NCBI RefSeq assembly: GCF_004010195.1
Contig: NC_057719.1
Span: 22,126,896 to 22,190,895, forward strand
DNA from: Chiloscyllium plagiosum
Taxonomy: Eukaryota
Length of the DNA stretch: 64,000 nucleotides
Reading direction: 5' to 3'
Shown: positions 1 through 12,962 of the stretch, in pieces
How the letters are laid out: each line of letters begins with the position of its first letter
How positions within the stretch are numbered: the first letter of the stretch is position 1
Translations under genes and position numbers: made by a program
The notes under the pieces: generated by a model
What the model saw: only the letters and a program-made list of their open reading frames with translations
Databases searched by the model: none
What the model was told of the DNA's origin: nothing

Positions 1-240
1 AGGTCCTCCTGGGAGCAGATCCGGCGGAGGCGAAGGAATTGGGAATACGGGATGGCATTTTTGCAAGAGGTAGGGTGGGAAGAGGTGTAATCCAGGTAGC
101 TGCAGGAGTCGGTGGGTTTGTAAAAAATGTCAGTGTCAAGTCAGTCGTCATTAGTGGAGATGGTGAGGTCCAGAAAGGGGAGGGAGGTGAAAGAGATGGT
201 CCAGGTAAATTTAAGGTCAGGGTGGAATGTGTTGGTGAAG
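1..240 (-). mobile_element. Penelope-like element (PLE) fragment, RT C-terminal region
   Basis: Minus strand reads as the RT thumb region (TFHPDLKFTWTISFTSLPFLDLTISTNDD*LDTDIFYKPTDSCSYLDYTSSHP); continues beyond the window edge. Confidence 0.75.
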
Positions 241-372
241 TTATTCCTGATGAAGGGCTTTTGCCCGAAACGTCGATTTCGAAGCTCCTTGGATGCTGCC
301 TGAACTGCTGTGCTCTTCCAGCACCACTAATCCAGAATCTGGTTTCCAGCATCTGCAGTCATTGTTTTTACC
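241..372 (+). mobile_element. Short PLE 3'-terminal (pLTR) module with a minimal hammerhead ribozyme core
   Basis: CTGATGA-agggc-tttt-gccc-GAAAC-GTC at about 248-274; near-identical module at 58655-58781. Confidence 0.75.
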
Positions 373-988
373 TCATTGAGGCCCAGGACCTGCATGTCCT
401 CGGCAAAGTGGGAGGGGGAGTTGAAATGTTCAGTCACGGGGGGTGGGGTTGTTGGTGCGAGTGCACCAGAGCTATTCTCTAAAGTGCTCTGCAAGAAGGC
501 ATCCAGTCTCCCCAGTGTAGAGTAGACTGCATTGGGAGCAACAGATAAAATAATGATGACGTGTGGAAGTGCAGGTGAACCTTTGATGGATGTGGAAGGC
601 TCCTTTGGGCCCTTGGATGGAGGTAAGTGGGAGGGGCGGGGAGGGGTGTGGGTGCAGGTTTTGCAATTCCTGCGATGGCAAGGGAAGGTGCAAGGAGGGG
701 AGGGGGTGACTTGTTAGGAGGCGTGGCCCTGACCAGATGGTCACGGAGGGAACGGTCTTTGCAGAAAGCAGATAGGGGTGGGGAGGGAAATATATCCCTG
801 GTGGTGGGGTCCATTTGTAGGTGGCGGAAATGTCAGCGAATGATGCGATTTATGTGGAGGTTGGTGGAGTGGAAGGTGTGGACCGGGTGTTCTGTCCTTG
901 TTGCGGTTGGAAGGTTGGGGTTTGAGGGCAGAGGTGCAGGATGTGGATGAACTGCATTGGAGGGCATCTTCAACCACGTGGGAGGGGA
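373..988 (-). mobile_element. PLE fragment: Cys-rich linker and GIY-YIG endonuclease (degenerate)
   Basis: ORFs 479-814 and 472-744 (-) contain DPTTRDIFPSPPLSAF and FHIHQRFTCTS...ICCSQCSLLYTGETG; same family as 58005-58460. Confidence 0.8.
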
Positions 989-1278
989 ATAGATTCCCTA
1001 CAGTGTGGAAACAGGCCCTTCGGCCCAACCAGTCCACACCGACCCTCCAAAGTGTAACCCTCCCAATGTGCTGAGCATTTATGGGCAATTTAACATGGTC
1101 AATTCACCTGATCTGCAAATCTTTTGACTGTGGGAGGAAACCGGAGTACCCAGAGGAAACCCACACAGACACGGGGAGAATGTGCAAACTCCACACAGAC
1201 AGTTGCCTGAGTCTGGAATTGAACCTGGGACTCTGGTGCTGTGAGGCAGCAGTGCTAACCACTGAGCCACCATGCCGG
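989..1278 (-). mobile_element. HE1-like V-SINE (tRNA-derived elasmobranch SINE)
   Basis: Minus strand shows a tRNA-like head GGTGGCTCAGTGGTTAGCACTGCTGCCTCACAGC, the V-domain core GTGTGGAGTTTGCACATTCTCCCCGTG and a CR1-like tail GGGAATCTA. Confidence 0.85.
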
Positions 1279-1339
1279 TCTTCAAAGAAGGAGACCATCT
1301 GGTTGAGAAAAACTGGATATAAATATTTTTTCAGTTATC

Positions 1340-1545
1340 AGAAATATATAATTTCAGTTACATCACACTGTAAATATTTGCAATAAATTCTGTGTCTTAC
1401 AATCTTATACTCCACAACCACCTGATGAAGGAGCAGCGCTGCAAAAGCTGTTGCTTCCAAATAAACTTGTTGAAGTATAACCTGGTATTGTGTGAGTTTT
1501 AACTTTGTACACCCAAGTCCAAAACTGGCATCTCCAAATCATGAT
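1340..1545 (+). mobile_element. PLE pLTR fragment with a degenerate hammerhead core
   Basis: CCTGATGAAGGAGCAGCGCTGCAAAAGC at about 1421, followed by the family tail also seen at 39520-39690 and 40310-40402. Confidence 0.7.
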
Positions 1546-2980
1546 TACCTAGAATAGTGAAGCTTTTCTCACGCATACAACAGAAGAAGCATATTTTTAT
1601 GATAATCAGTTTGTCAGACATTGTGGTAGATAGGATGAAATATTTTTTAATTCAAAAGAAATGAAAATCAATAAACTAGAAATAAAAGCAAAAGGTTGCA
1701 AAGGATAGCAAAAAATGGTAGCAGGGTTAAACAAAATGGTCGAGATTACAATCGTGTTTTTTTCACATTTTCACAGCAATGTGGGCCCAAATAATTAATA
1801 AAATGAGTCTTGGAATACTTTGTCTAGTGGAGATACTGAATTAAGGAACTTTGGCTAGGTAAGTATTCCTGACGAGGCCAGTACCTATTGACTCGAGGGC
1901 AGTTAACAGTGAATCACATTGCCTGGGTCTGGAGCCACATGAAAGTTAGCCTAGATAAGGATGACAGATTTCCTTCCTAAAGGGCTTGAGTGAACCAGAT
2001 GAGTTTTTACATTAATGGTTGTCATCTGGCTAGCTTTTTATTCCTTTTTTTAATATAGAATTCAAGTTTTGCCAATCTGCACAGTGGGAATCAAACCAAT
2101 ATTTCCACAACATTAACTCGGTTCTTTAGATTACAGGTCCAGTTACATTACGTCTTATCCCACACCACTCTATTGTCTCCATAATATTTTACACCATCAC
2201 CATGGCAATCAGCAGTCAAAGCATCCCACACCGATAAAGACCACTGATGTTTGAATGTATGTCACGTAAACAATTGAAGTATATATTGGTGTGGGGTATT
2301 AGCTGATGCAGCCAAGTATCCCTAACATCCTTCTGGTCTAACAATGTACCATTCATGTTGACTGAGCTCGATTGAATTCAGATACTCGTGGGTTTTGAAT
2401 GTCAAGGATATTTTTGGGCAGCTAAACAAACGGCCAAAGACCACATGGAAGACATAACTACAGATTCTGTTCGATGGAGTCTGTCCTAAAACGCTCCATG
2501 CTTCAACAAGCCATTAATAATTCCAATCAAAATTGACAGAGCAAAAATTGGATGAAAATCGAGCATCACTAGTCAGCCAATTTCACACCTGGTTGTGCCC
2601 ATCTGACACCTATAAAGAAAATGATGAGAAGCTCTCAGAGGTTTGAAATGACTCTTTAGGAGGAGTGTCAAGGTTTCAGTGAGGGCATAGAGATAATTAC
2701 TGGAATGGGACACAGGATGAGGGAATTCAGTTATTTAGAGATTCTGTGGTTGTTCACACGGAGATTTCAAGAGGAACTTTCATGGAGGTATTCAAAGTCA
2801 TTAGTTGTTCCGACGCACCGCATAAAGTGAAACCCATTTCCAGGGGCAGAATGAGCAGTAGTCAGAAAATATTGGCAAAACAAACTGAAAGAAACATATT
2901 TTAACTCAGCAATCTGAAATGTACTAGTGGAAAGGATGTTGGAAACACAAATGACTGTAACATTCAAGATTTAGAGGAAC

Positions 2981-5900
2981 CAGTTTTGGACTGGGGTGGA
3001 CAAAGTTAAAAATCACACAACACCAGGTTATGGTCCAACAGGTTTATTTGGAATCACTAGTTTTCAAAGCGCGGCTTCTTCATCAGGTGGTTGTGGAGCA
3101 GGACCATAAGACACAGAATTTATAGCAAAAGATTACAGTGATACAATGATACATTGAACAAGCTTAGATTATTAAGTCTTTGATCTTTTAGAATGGATTT
3201 GCTGGTTTACGTTCTTTAATATGTAAATCCCAGAACTTCTTTTAAGTCACATTTGAATGATACACGAAGCCAAACACCAGGATGTTCCATCATATAAGGC
3301 AATGGGACCCTGTATGAGAACTACTCTGGCTATGTTGAGGGCATCTTGAAATCCATTGTATAGGGGACTCTCAGCTTCTGTCGCGATACTACAGATTTCT
3401 TACAGAAATCAACACCCACCAACCAGTCGAACTGGGAACATTCCTTGTCACAATGGACATGTCAGCACTCTATACCAGCATCCTCCACAATGATGACATT
3501 GTGGCAACAGCCTCAGTACTCAATTCCAACAACTGCCAATCTCCGAACACTAACCTACAACTCAACCACTTCATCCTTGATCACAACGCTCTCACCTATG
3601 ACAATCAGTTCTTCATCCAGACACATGGAATGGCTATGGGGACCAAATATGCCAACATTTTCATGCACAGGTTCGAAGAAGACTTCTTTTCTGCACAGGA
3701 CCTCCAACCAACACTATATTGATGACATTTTCTTCCTCTGGACCCATGGTGAGGAGTCACTGAAACAATTAAACAGTGATATCAATGAGTTTCATCCCAC
3801 CATCAGACTTAACACAGACTACTCTTTAGTATTTGTCTCATTCTTTGACACGTGCATCTCCATCAAGAATGGGCACCTCAGCACGTCACTCTACCACAAA
3901 CCCATGGATAACCTCACAATGCGACACTTCTCTAGCTTTCACCCTAAACACCTTAGAACAGCCATCCCTATGAACAAGCCCTATGCATATACAGGACCTG
4001 TTCAGATGAGGAAGAACATGATGGACACCTGAAGGTATTCAAGGACACCCTCATAAGAACTTATTGATCGCCAGTTCCGACGTGCCGCAGCGCAAAACTG
4101 TAATGACCTCCTCAGGAGACAGACATGGGTTGCAACTGATAGGGTACTCTTCATTGTCCAGTACATCCCGGGAGCTGAAAAGCTACGCCATGTTCTTTGC
4201 AGTCTGCAACGCATTATCAATGAGGATGAATATCTTGCCAAGACCTTCCCTACGCCTCTACTTCTCACCTTTAAACAACCAACAAACCTCAAATAAATCA
4301 TTGCTCGCAGCAAACTGTCCAACCTTCAAGACAACATCGACCACAACACCATACAACCCTGTCATGTCAACCACTGCAAACGTGTCAGAATGTCAACACA
4401 GGTACCACCATTACACATGGGAACACCACCTACCATGTATGCAGCAGTTACTCATGTGACTCAGCCTACTTTGTCTATCTCGTATGCTGTAGGCAAGGAT
4501 GGCCTGAGGCATGTTTCATTGGCGAGACCAAGCAGACGCTATGACAGCAAATGAATAGACACCACACAACAATTACCAGACAGGAATATTCCCTCCCAGT
4601 TGGAGAACACTTCAGCGGTCAGGGACATTCAGCCTCGGACCATCAGGTGACCATCCACCAAATCGGACTTTGGGACAGGCAACAATGCAAAGTGGCCAAG
4701 CAGAGGCTGATAGTCATGTTCAGTACCCATGGGGATGGCCTCAATCGGGACCTTGGGTTTATGTCACACTACAGGTTACCCCACTAAACCACACACACAC
4801 TCTCTCCTCTCTCTCTCACATGCTCATACACCAGCTCTCTCTCATACGCACACACGTACACGCCCCACTCATCCACGCACACACCCTCTCACAGGCTTAT
4901 ATGCCATCACACTCACACACACATTTTACCAAGCTTGCACACATACAAATACACACTCTCTCACGCGCACTCACACTCAACTGCACATACTCATACTCTC
5001 TCTCTCATGCACATGCACACACATATAAGTTTATGGGGAAAATTTGTATTTGCAGATTTATATTTCCAGATATATTCTATTTTGCTCAAAATGCAGAACC
5101 TGTATTTTTTTGTAATGTTTAATAAATTCCACTTTGGAAGTAGAACCAGTGTAACTCAAGACTGGGATACAGACAGACTCTAACTTCACACCTTTGAGGC
5201 ACTGTCTGAGCTGAGATGCCACGTCGGAGGAGTTGTTGACAGTGAGGAAGGATGTGGCAGGTTACAGCAGGATATAGAGAAGCTGCAGAGCTGGGCAGAA
5301 AGGTGGCAAATGGAATTCAATGTAGCTAAGTGTGAGGTGAGAACTTAGACTACCGATTTGGGATATTCAACTGTTGGATAGTTTTCAAGAGTTGCATTTG
5401 GAACACCATGAGCATCAAATGCAAGGACACACTACCCAACATTGAGATACTTCAAAGAGCAGAAATGTCTGGAATTGAAGCACCTCATGATCAGAGCTCA
5501 GCTCAAATGGCAAGGCACGTAGTGCATACCATTGATGATGATAACCTCTAGGAGAGTTATGCATTAAATATCTCAAGGTAAGCCAAGATTAAGCTTTAAG
5601 GAAAGCCTAAAAGTGAACTTCAGGAAATGTGACTTCTCGACCACAGGCTGGGAGAAAAATGCTCAAGAAGAATGACTGGGAAGTAATCTCAACTATTGAT
5701 ATAATTTCCTTCAAATAGCAAAGAATATGGACAGCTAGGAACTAAAAGAAAACTAGAAAGACCAGACAATTCCAACAAAGTCAGATAATTCATCCTTGCC
5801 CACACTGTGCACAGCTGTGTAAGTCTGCAGTCAGGCTCCACAGTCACAGTAAAATGCAGGACAGATGCCTTGATGCTTGCAAGAAATGGCCATCTTCAAT

Positions 5901-6170
5901 ATTGAAGGGAAACTGATGATGACAATGCGCAACATCGAGGGCCAAAGGGCCTGTACTGCGCTGTATTCTTCTATGTTCTATGTTCTATGTTCTATGTTCT
6001 ATGTTCTATGTTTTGTTATAAAACCTTAAATTCTGGGATTTACATATTTAAGAACCGAAATCAGCAAACCCACTCTAAAAGCTGAAAGACTTAACTATCT
6101 CGGTTTGTTTAATGTATCACTGTAAATTCTGTGTCTAATGGTCCTGCTCCATAGCTACCTGATGAAGAAG
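2981..6170 (+). mobile_element. Decayed PLE (RT + GIY-YIG, about 3270-4790) with an inverted pLTR at its 5' side; its 3' pLTR is split by a LINE insertion
   Basis: RT motifs GMAMGTKYANIFM, YIDDIFFLW and SLYHKP; endonuclease region FIGETKQ...PVGEHF; 2981-3260 is the reverse complement of the 3' pLTR, which resumes at about 6013. Confidence 0.85.
5221..6012 (+). mobile_element. CR1 LINE pieces (5221-5340; tail 5925-6012) enclosing another old LINE-like 3' fragment, nested in the PLE tail
   Basis: GGVVDSEEGCGRLQQDIEKLQSWAERWQMEFNVAKCEV (CR1 RT C-terminus); CR1 3' stem-loop plus (TTCTATG)n tail at 5966-6012. Confidence 0.7.
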
Positions 6171-7427
6171 AGAATGTGTGCATGAGAGAGGGTCTGCATG
6201 AGTGTGTGAGTATGTAAAAGTGTGTGTGTGTATGCGTGCTTGTGCATGTGTGTGTGAGAAAGTGTATAGTGCTTCCAACATGTTGGACTGTAACCTGGTG
6301 CTGTGTGATTTTTAACTCTGTAACACTCATAGACGATTCAGATAAATATATGATAACATGCACAGAGCTGTGAGGACAGTGTAAGAATCGATAGTTCTCC
6401 TAAAGAGCCAGTCCAGGCACCATGGGCTGAATGTTGGAGCAAATTACAGCAGATGCTGTACTTAAAACAACAAATCCTGGAGATCAAAGCAGTTAGATAG
6501 CATCCACTGAGAGAGAGAGAGAAAACTAATGTTTCAAATTGAAGAGTCATCTCGACCTAAGATATTAGCTTGCTCTCTCTCTCTGTGGATGCTGTCTGAT
6601 CTGCTGTGATCTCTAGCATTGGTTATTTTCACCATGAACTGAATGTTCTTCTTCTCTGCTCTATTTGTATCCTGAGTAACCTTCTTCAGAATAATTAAAT
6701 CATCTTGAAAGCACATCAGACACCCAATCATCTCCATCAAATCTGAAAGTGGACACATCAGATAGTAGTTAGGTTTGGTGTTTATTTTGTCTTTTTCTGC
6801 ATGATTTTTGAATTGGTGACAAGGTACTCATGAGAATCCACAAACATACACCAGTAAATGAGGCAAAAACAAAATGGCGTAGTGTATTTGGTGGCATAAT
6901 TAATAACTGAAGTCTTTAATTGTCTAACAGATATACTCTTGAACTCTTGTTTCATGTTTGTATGTAGAGTGAATTGACTAATTGCACTGAGAGTCATAGT
7001 GTAGTTTGTAATAAATATGGAAAACATTCAAAATTTTCTATAGTTCAGGAGGCATCTGGGGAGATAAAGGTAGTTAATATTGAGCTCAATTTTAACTTAA
7101 TCCAAACTGATCAGGCATTGATTCAAGTCAATGACCTTTCTTCAGAACTAAAAGAAGTTCAAGACATAACATAACTTACAGAGCAACTGAAGCAGGGAAA
7201 GTGGAAAGAAGAGAAAACAACAAAAGATGAGGTCTAAATTTGGGTGCAAAGCAGAAAAGATTAAATGTAATGTAAATGTAAGTTAATGTAAATGTTAAAC
7301 AAAGACTTTAAAATTGTAATGATGCAAGCCAAAGGAGATGATAATATGATAAATAAGTAGTGGATCTAGAAGAGGTGTTAACTGTGAATAGTAAAATCAA
7401 TAGCAACAGATCCATCACCGTTTAATG

Positions 7428-7702
7428 GTGGCTCAGTGGTTAGCACTGCTGCCTCACAGCACCAGGGACCCAGGGTTTGATTCCAGCTTTGAGTGACTGT
7501 CTGTGTGGAGTTTGCACATTCTCCACATGACTGCATGTGCATTTTAGGTGGATTGGCGATGCTAAATTGCCCCTATTGTGCAGGTATAGGCATGGGAAAT
7601 GCAGCGTTACAGGGATAGGGTAGGGTGGGGGTTGGCTCAGGGTGGGATGCTCATTGGAGGGTTGGTGTGGCTCGATGTTTCTGCACTGTAGTGATTTTAT
7701 CT
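7428..7702 (+). mobile_element. HE1-like V-SINE, internally deleted
   Basis: TGGTGGCTCAGTGGTTAGCACTGCTGCCTCACAGC head and V-domain start. Confidence 0.8.
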
Positions 7703-8867
7703 AAAAAAAAGTGGAGTTTACAGTCTGAAATTCTCAGTCAGTTTTGAGTCTGAAAGACTATAAAGTCTCTCTTTGATAGATTGTTGTTTCTCAAGGTTAT
7801 GTTGAATTAATTTGAAACTGTGCAGGAGTCAAGGACAGAGGTCAGAATAGGAGGGGAACGTTTATTTCTCTGTTAAGAGACTCAAAGCACAGGGTTACAT
7901 CATGCATTTTGCATCCAGAAGGTGGGTCAAACAACCCTGACTGACTTACTCTAGAACTTTATTATTCTGAGAGGTATGAGAGTGTCCATGAAAATTGAAA
8001 TGAATTTGAAACTGAATTGAAACTTGCAAGATATTAAACATATACACTTTTGGTGATGGTTTATTCTTAAGACTAAACATAATTTTTTTTTCAAAGCGAT
8101 AAGAAGGAATTCAATTCTGACATTGCCTCAATTGAGTTAGCAGAAATAGTCAGTTTACAAGCAGACTGATGTAAACAGGAAATGAATAATTTAATTTAAC
8201 AATAAAGCACAAACAATCATTTCTTATTAAAAAGTCAGACTTCACAAATTTCTCTTTGAGCATGTGATGTTATTACAGTCAGTGACCCAGCAGGTCATTT
8301 GGAATGTTACCCCTCCTTCCATTGTAATATTACATCTGATTCTTGATGGACTCTGCTGAAGCTAAAAATGAATAGAATCATTTTGCAATGCTATAATTAT
8401 AGGTAATCAATGTAAAGTAATAAGATGATTGTAGTATGCATGCTTCACTTACCTGCTTCAATGGACAATGTCATTTTTAAAATTAAAGCAGAAGATACGC
8501 AACATATCAGTGTGCAATTGAAAGAGAAATGCTGTTTTAATTTTTGTAAAGTAACCTGTTATTGTATTTTGGGTGTAGCTTAATGAAAAGAAATAGACAC
8601 TTCTTTGACCTCAACTTCACTGTGTCTTTCATTTACTCTCTTTATTGTGATTTCTGCTGATTTAAAGCTTGTCCAGCAATACCTTCCAAACTTGCAGTCT
8701 CTATTTCTCAGAACTACAGGAGCAGAAGATGCATGGGAACATCACTACCTGTAACTTTCCCTCGAAGACCCACACAATCCTGACTTAGAACTATATCATC
8801 ATTCATTCATCAATGCTGGGCCAAATTTCTGCAACTCCATCCTTAACAGCACTGTCAGTGTCCCAAG

Positions 8868-9685
8868 CAGGCACCTTGGCTTCATGTCACACTATTGATG
8901 ACCCCATTACACTATACACACTCTCACACACACACGCGCACAAGCGCACATACACATACACTCTTACGTACTCACACACTCATGCAGACTCTCTCTCGTA
9001 CACACGTTCTCTCTCATACACACACACACATACAATCCCCACACTCACACCCATGCACACATCCTCTCACAGGTTTATACTCCATCACACTCATTCACAC
9101 ACTTTACCAAGCCTGCACACATGCAAACACACACTCTCTCATGAGCACTCACATTCACACACTCACATGCACATACTCTTTCTCTCTCTCATGCACGCAC
9201 ACTCACATATAAGTCTATGGGGTGAATTTGCATTTGCAGAATTATGTTTGCTGATACATTGTATTTGCTCAAAAAGCACACAATCTGCAGGCAGTCAATC
9301 CATGTCATGTTTTATAAATTCCTACTTGGAAATAGAACCAGTCTGACTCAAGATTGGGATACGGACAGACTCTAAACTCATATCTTCAATGCATTGTCTG
9401 AGCTGAGGTGTCACTTTTTTTTATAAAACCTTAATGTGACTTAAAAGAAGTTCTGGGATTTACATATTAATAAACTGAAATCTGCAACCTATTCTAAAAG
9501 ATGAAAGACCTAACAGCAATCTAGGTTTGTTCAATATATCATTTCATGACACTGTGATCCTTTGCTATAAATTCTGCATTGTATGGTCCTGTTACACAGC
9601 TACCTGATGAAGGAGTGGCACTCTGAAAGGTAGTGCTTCCAAATAAACCTGTTGGACTATGATGTGGTGTTGTGTGAGTTTGAAC
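8868..9685 (+). mobile_element. PLE 3' end (CA-rich tract + pLTR with hammerhead core)
   Basis: Collinear with 4750-5220 and 6013-6170; CCTGATGAAGGAGTGGCACTCTGAAAG at about 9603. Confidence 0.8.
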
Positions 9686-10967
9686 AGTATCCCTACACTC
9701 CATTTTGTTTTACTTATTTCTCTGTCAATCATGTTTTTTTTCAAACCATTAAATGCATTGGTTGAGGAGATACACAGACATTGGGTGCACCAGAAACAGT
9801 GTTTTACATCTCATTGTGCTCACTTGCTTGCTCTGTTATCAGCTTGCATTTCCAAACTGCAGTGGTGCAAAACTTTTGAAAGAGGGGAAATGTCTATAGC
9901 CAAAATGCCTTTGTGCCTTTATTTTCATCTTGTTTAATGATCCATGATAATTCAAGACAATCTTGTATCTGATCAGGTTGTAAATATTGATACGATAAGA
10001 ATTTATTTGCTAACAAATCTGATTGCAAAAAGCAAATCTAATTGCAAAAGCCTTATCCTAGACAGCATGTCCATCATAATAATTAGCCACATGTGTCCAG
10101 AAGGCATGAAAATAAATCACGATTAAGTTATTTTAATTTTTAAAATTAGATATGGACAACATTGCTAGACATAAAATGACTGAAGCTGATCACACAATTA
10201 AATTCCCACCAGCTTCTGAAGCCCTGCATTGTATGGACATTCCAGTTAAAGCTGACCGATAGAACTAGGAGGTGAGCTGTCTACTTTCCAGCTGTCCCTG
10301 GACAATTAAAAAGCATCAACACCCATTACGCTACAATGAGTGCTGATGGTTTTTTTTACATTTACTTTGTGACCTTACAACAGGGATTCTAAGGGGGGAG
10401 GTAAAGCCACATTGCTAACTGAATGATCTTTCAAATCAGTCCAAAGAGGTTGGCCCTCAGCCCTTGAAATGCCTGCCTTTGGCTTACGACTGAAATCTGA
10501 GTTTTCTGTAATGCTTAAATGTACAATTCTGGGATACTAAGTCGGTTACTGCTTGATCTCCAGAGAGACAACATAATTTCCAGGTTGTGCTGGAAGGCTG
10601 GCTTGGACCAGTCATCTCTGTCTCTAATTTTCAGGATGAAACGTTACCTACAGTTTACCTGCAAGGAGGAGAATGTTTAGATGCAGTTCATCAAAGAACT
10701 TATTATTGGACACTAACCTCCAGGAAGTTGCAACACATGTAAACTGATTTTTAATACCTCTGGCTTCACCAAAACTTGTATTGTATAACCTATCTCCTGT
10801 CCCGCCTGACCCCCTTAATTTGTTGATTGTGTGTATGTGTATGTGTGTGGTTCAGTTAGTAAGCCAATTCCCTCATATTTTGAAAGTTTTATGAATAAGC
10901 TTTATCTTTGATTTAAAAGTTGCAGTGGATTTCTTTCAAAAATTCAAATCCAAAAATCAAAGTTTGG

Positions 10968-12962
10968 CTGTAAGTTTGCTCACTGAGATGGAAGGTTTGT
11001 TTTCAGATGTTTCGTCACCATACTGGGTAACATCATCAGTGAATGTCCGGTGAAGTGCTGGTGGTATGTGCTGCTTTTACACTGGTGATGTCATTTTGGT
11101 TCTTTTTCTAAGATGGGGTCCAAATCGATGTGTTTATTGATAGCGTTCTGGTTGGAATGCCATACTTCAAGGTATTCTCGCGTGTGTCTCTGTTTGGCTT
11201 GTCCTAGGATGGATGTGTTGTCCCAGTCAAAGTTGTGTCCTTCTTTGTCTGTATGTTAGAATACTAGTGATAATGGGTCATGTGTTTTTGTGGCTAGTCA
11301 ATTTTCATGTATTCTGGTGGCTAGATTTCTGCCTGTTTCTCTGAAGTAGTGTTTGTTCGGTCCATCTGGTTTCATTTTTTGGAAGTCTATCCTGTTTAAT
11401 TCTCCTGATTTCTGAACTTTTTGAGCAAGGCTGTGATTCAGTTCTCTAGTCGTGGGGTCGGGTCTATCGCTACCTGTTGGTAAGTGTCAGTATCTGCAAG
11501 TGCATTTGCTTTGTCATAGTAGTCTGTTTTGTTTAAAATGATAGTCCTGAGTCTTTTGTCTGCGGGTAGGATTGCGATGTTTTTGTCTTTTTTGAGTCCT
11601 TCTCGCGCTTTCCTTGTGTATGGAGTGTGTTTCCTTCCTTTTTCCTGCTTAATGTTTGTGCGACTATCTGCCTGATGGTCTGCTGGGTTTCTTCTGTGAG
11701 TCCGTTGTCTTTCAGTGTTGATTCTAATGCTGCTAGGAAGTCATTTTTGTCTGTGTCTCTGTGGATGAAGTTTGATCCTCTTACTAGGGTGGCTTTTCCT
11801 GTATCTATTAGAGGTTGGTCTGATAAATACTTAATAATATCCTCAATGCATAAAATTCACAAAAGAAGAGGAGAACAACAACAAATTGCATTCCTAGATG
11901 TCACAGTAGAATGAACAGTTAATGGAGAACTTCAAACCTACATCTACAGGAAACCAACACACATTGACCATTCCTGATAAAGGGCTTATGCCCAAAACGT
12001 CAATTCTCCAGCTCCTCGGATGCTGCCTGACCTGCTGTGCTTTTCCAGCACCACACTCTCGACTCTGATCTCCAGCATCCACAGTCCTCACTTTCTCCAC
12101 AAGGACCAAATGCTGAACTATAGAAGCAATCATCCCAACACCCACAAACAAAGCTGCATTTGGACATTATTTCAATAAGCCACACACACTGCAGCACAGA
12201 GGAACTACGAACAGCAGAAGAAAAATACCAATACAGCGTATTCAAAAAGAACGGGTACTCAATAAACACAGTCTGCTGATTCCTCAATAACAAATCCAAA
12301 CAAGCAGATACAATGCACCCAGAAACCCTAGCCACTTTACCCTACTCCTAAGACATCTCTGAAATGACTTCCAGACTACTGGGACCTCTTGGCATCATGG
12401 TAGCCCACAAACCTACTAACACACTAAACAACAGCTAATGAACACAAAAGACACTATACAAACAACAAGCAAAACAAATGTCATTTACAAAATACCTTGC
12501 AAGGACTGTAACAAACACTACATTGGACAAGCAAGCTACCAGGATACATAAACATCAACTAGCCATAAAAAGACATAATCTACTCTCACTGCTACCCTTA
12601 CATACAGACAAAGTAGGACACCACTTTGACTGGGACAACACATCCATCCTAGGACAAGCCAAACAGAGACACACACAAGAATACTTTGAAGTATGGCATT
12701 CCAACCAGAACTCTATCAATAAACACATTGATTTGGACCCCATCAACCATTCTCTGAGAAAAAGAACTGGAAATGCCATCACCCAATCAAAGAAACCTAA
12801 ACACATAAATAGAAAGTGGGACCTACCACCAGCGCTTCATCGGAGGCTCACTGATGACGTTACCCAGTATGGTGACGAAACATCTGAAAACAAACCTTCC
12901 AGCTCAGTGAGCAAACTTATATCTAGAACCTTATGCTGAGCTACAAATCCTTTCAAAAATTG
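10968..12962 (+). mobile_element. PLE of a second family, with an inverted 5' portion (10968-11830, minus) and RT-end/GIY-YIG (11830-12962, plus)
   Basis: IAFLDVTVE...IYRKPTHID and NVIYKIPCKDCNKHYIGQ at about 12478; 10968-11350 is the reverse complement of about 12510-12920; hammerhead cores at 11003-11042 (-) and 12850-12886 (+). Confidence 0.85.
11971..12097 (+). mobile_element. Short hammerhead-bearing PLE-derived module inserted inside the second-family PLE
   Basis: CCTGATAAAGGGCTTATGCCCAAAACGTC...GTCCTCACTTTCTCC; same family as 32699-32826; interrupts the RT-end coding sequence. Confidence 0.75.

Noticed and set aside
4670..5183. His/Thr-rich ORFs (also 8813-9346 and 39113-39336)
   Set aside because: Translations of CA/CT low-complexity tracts in PLE 3' regions, not genes
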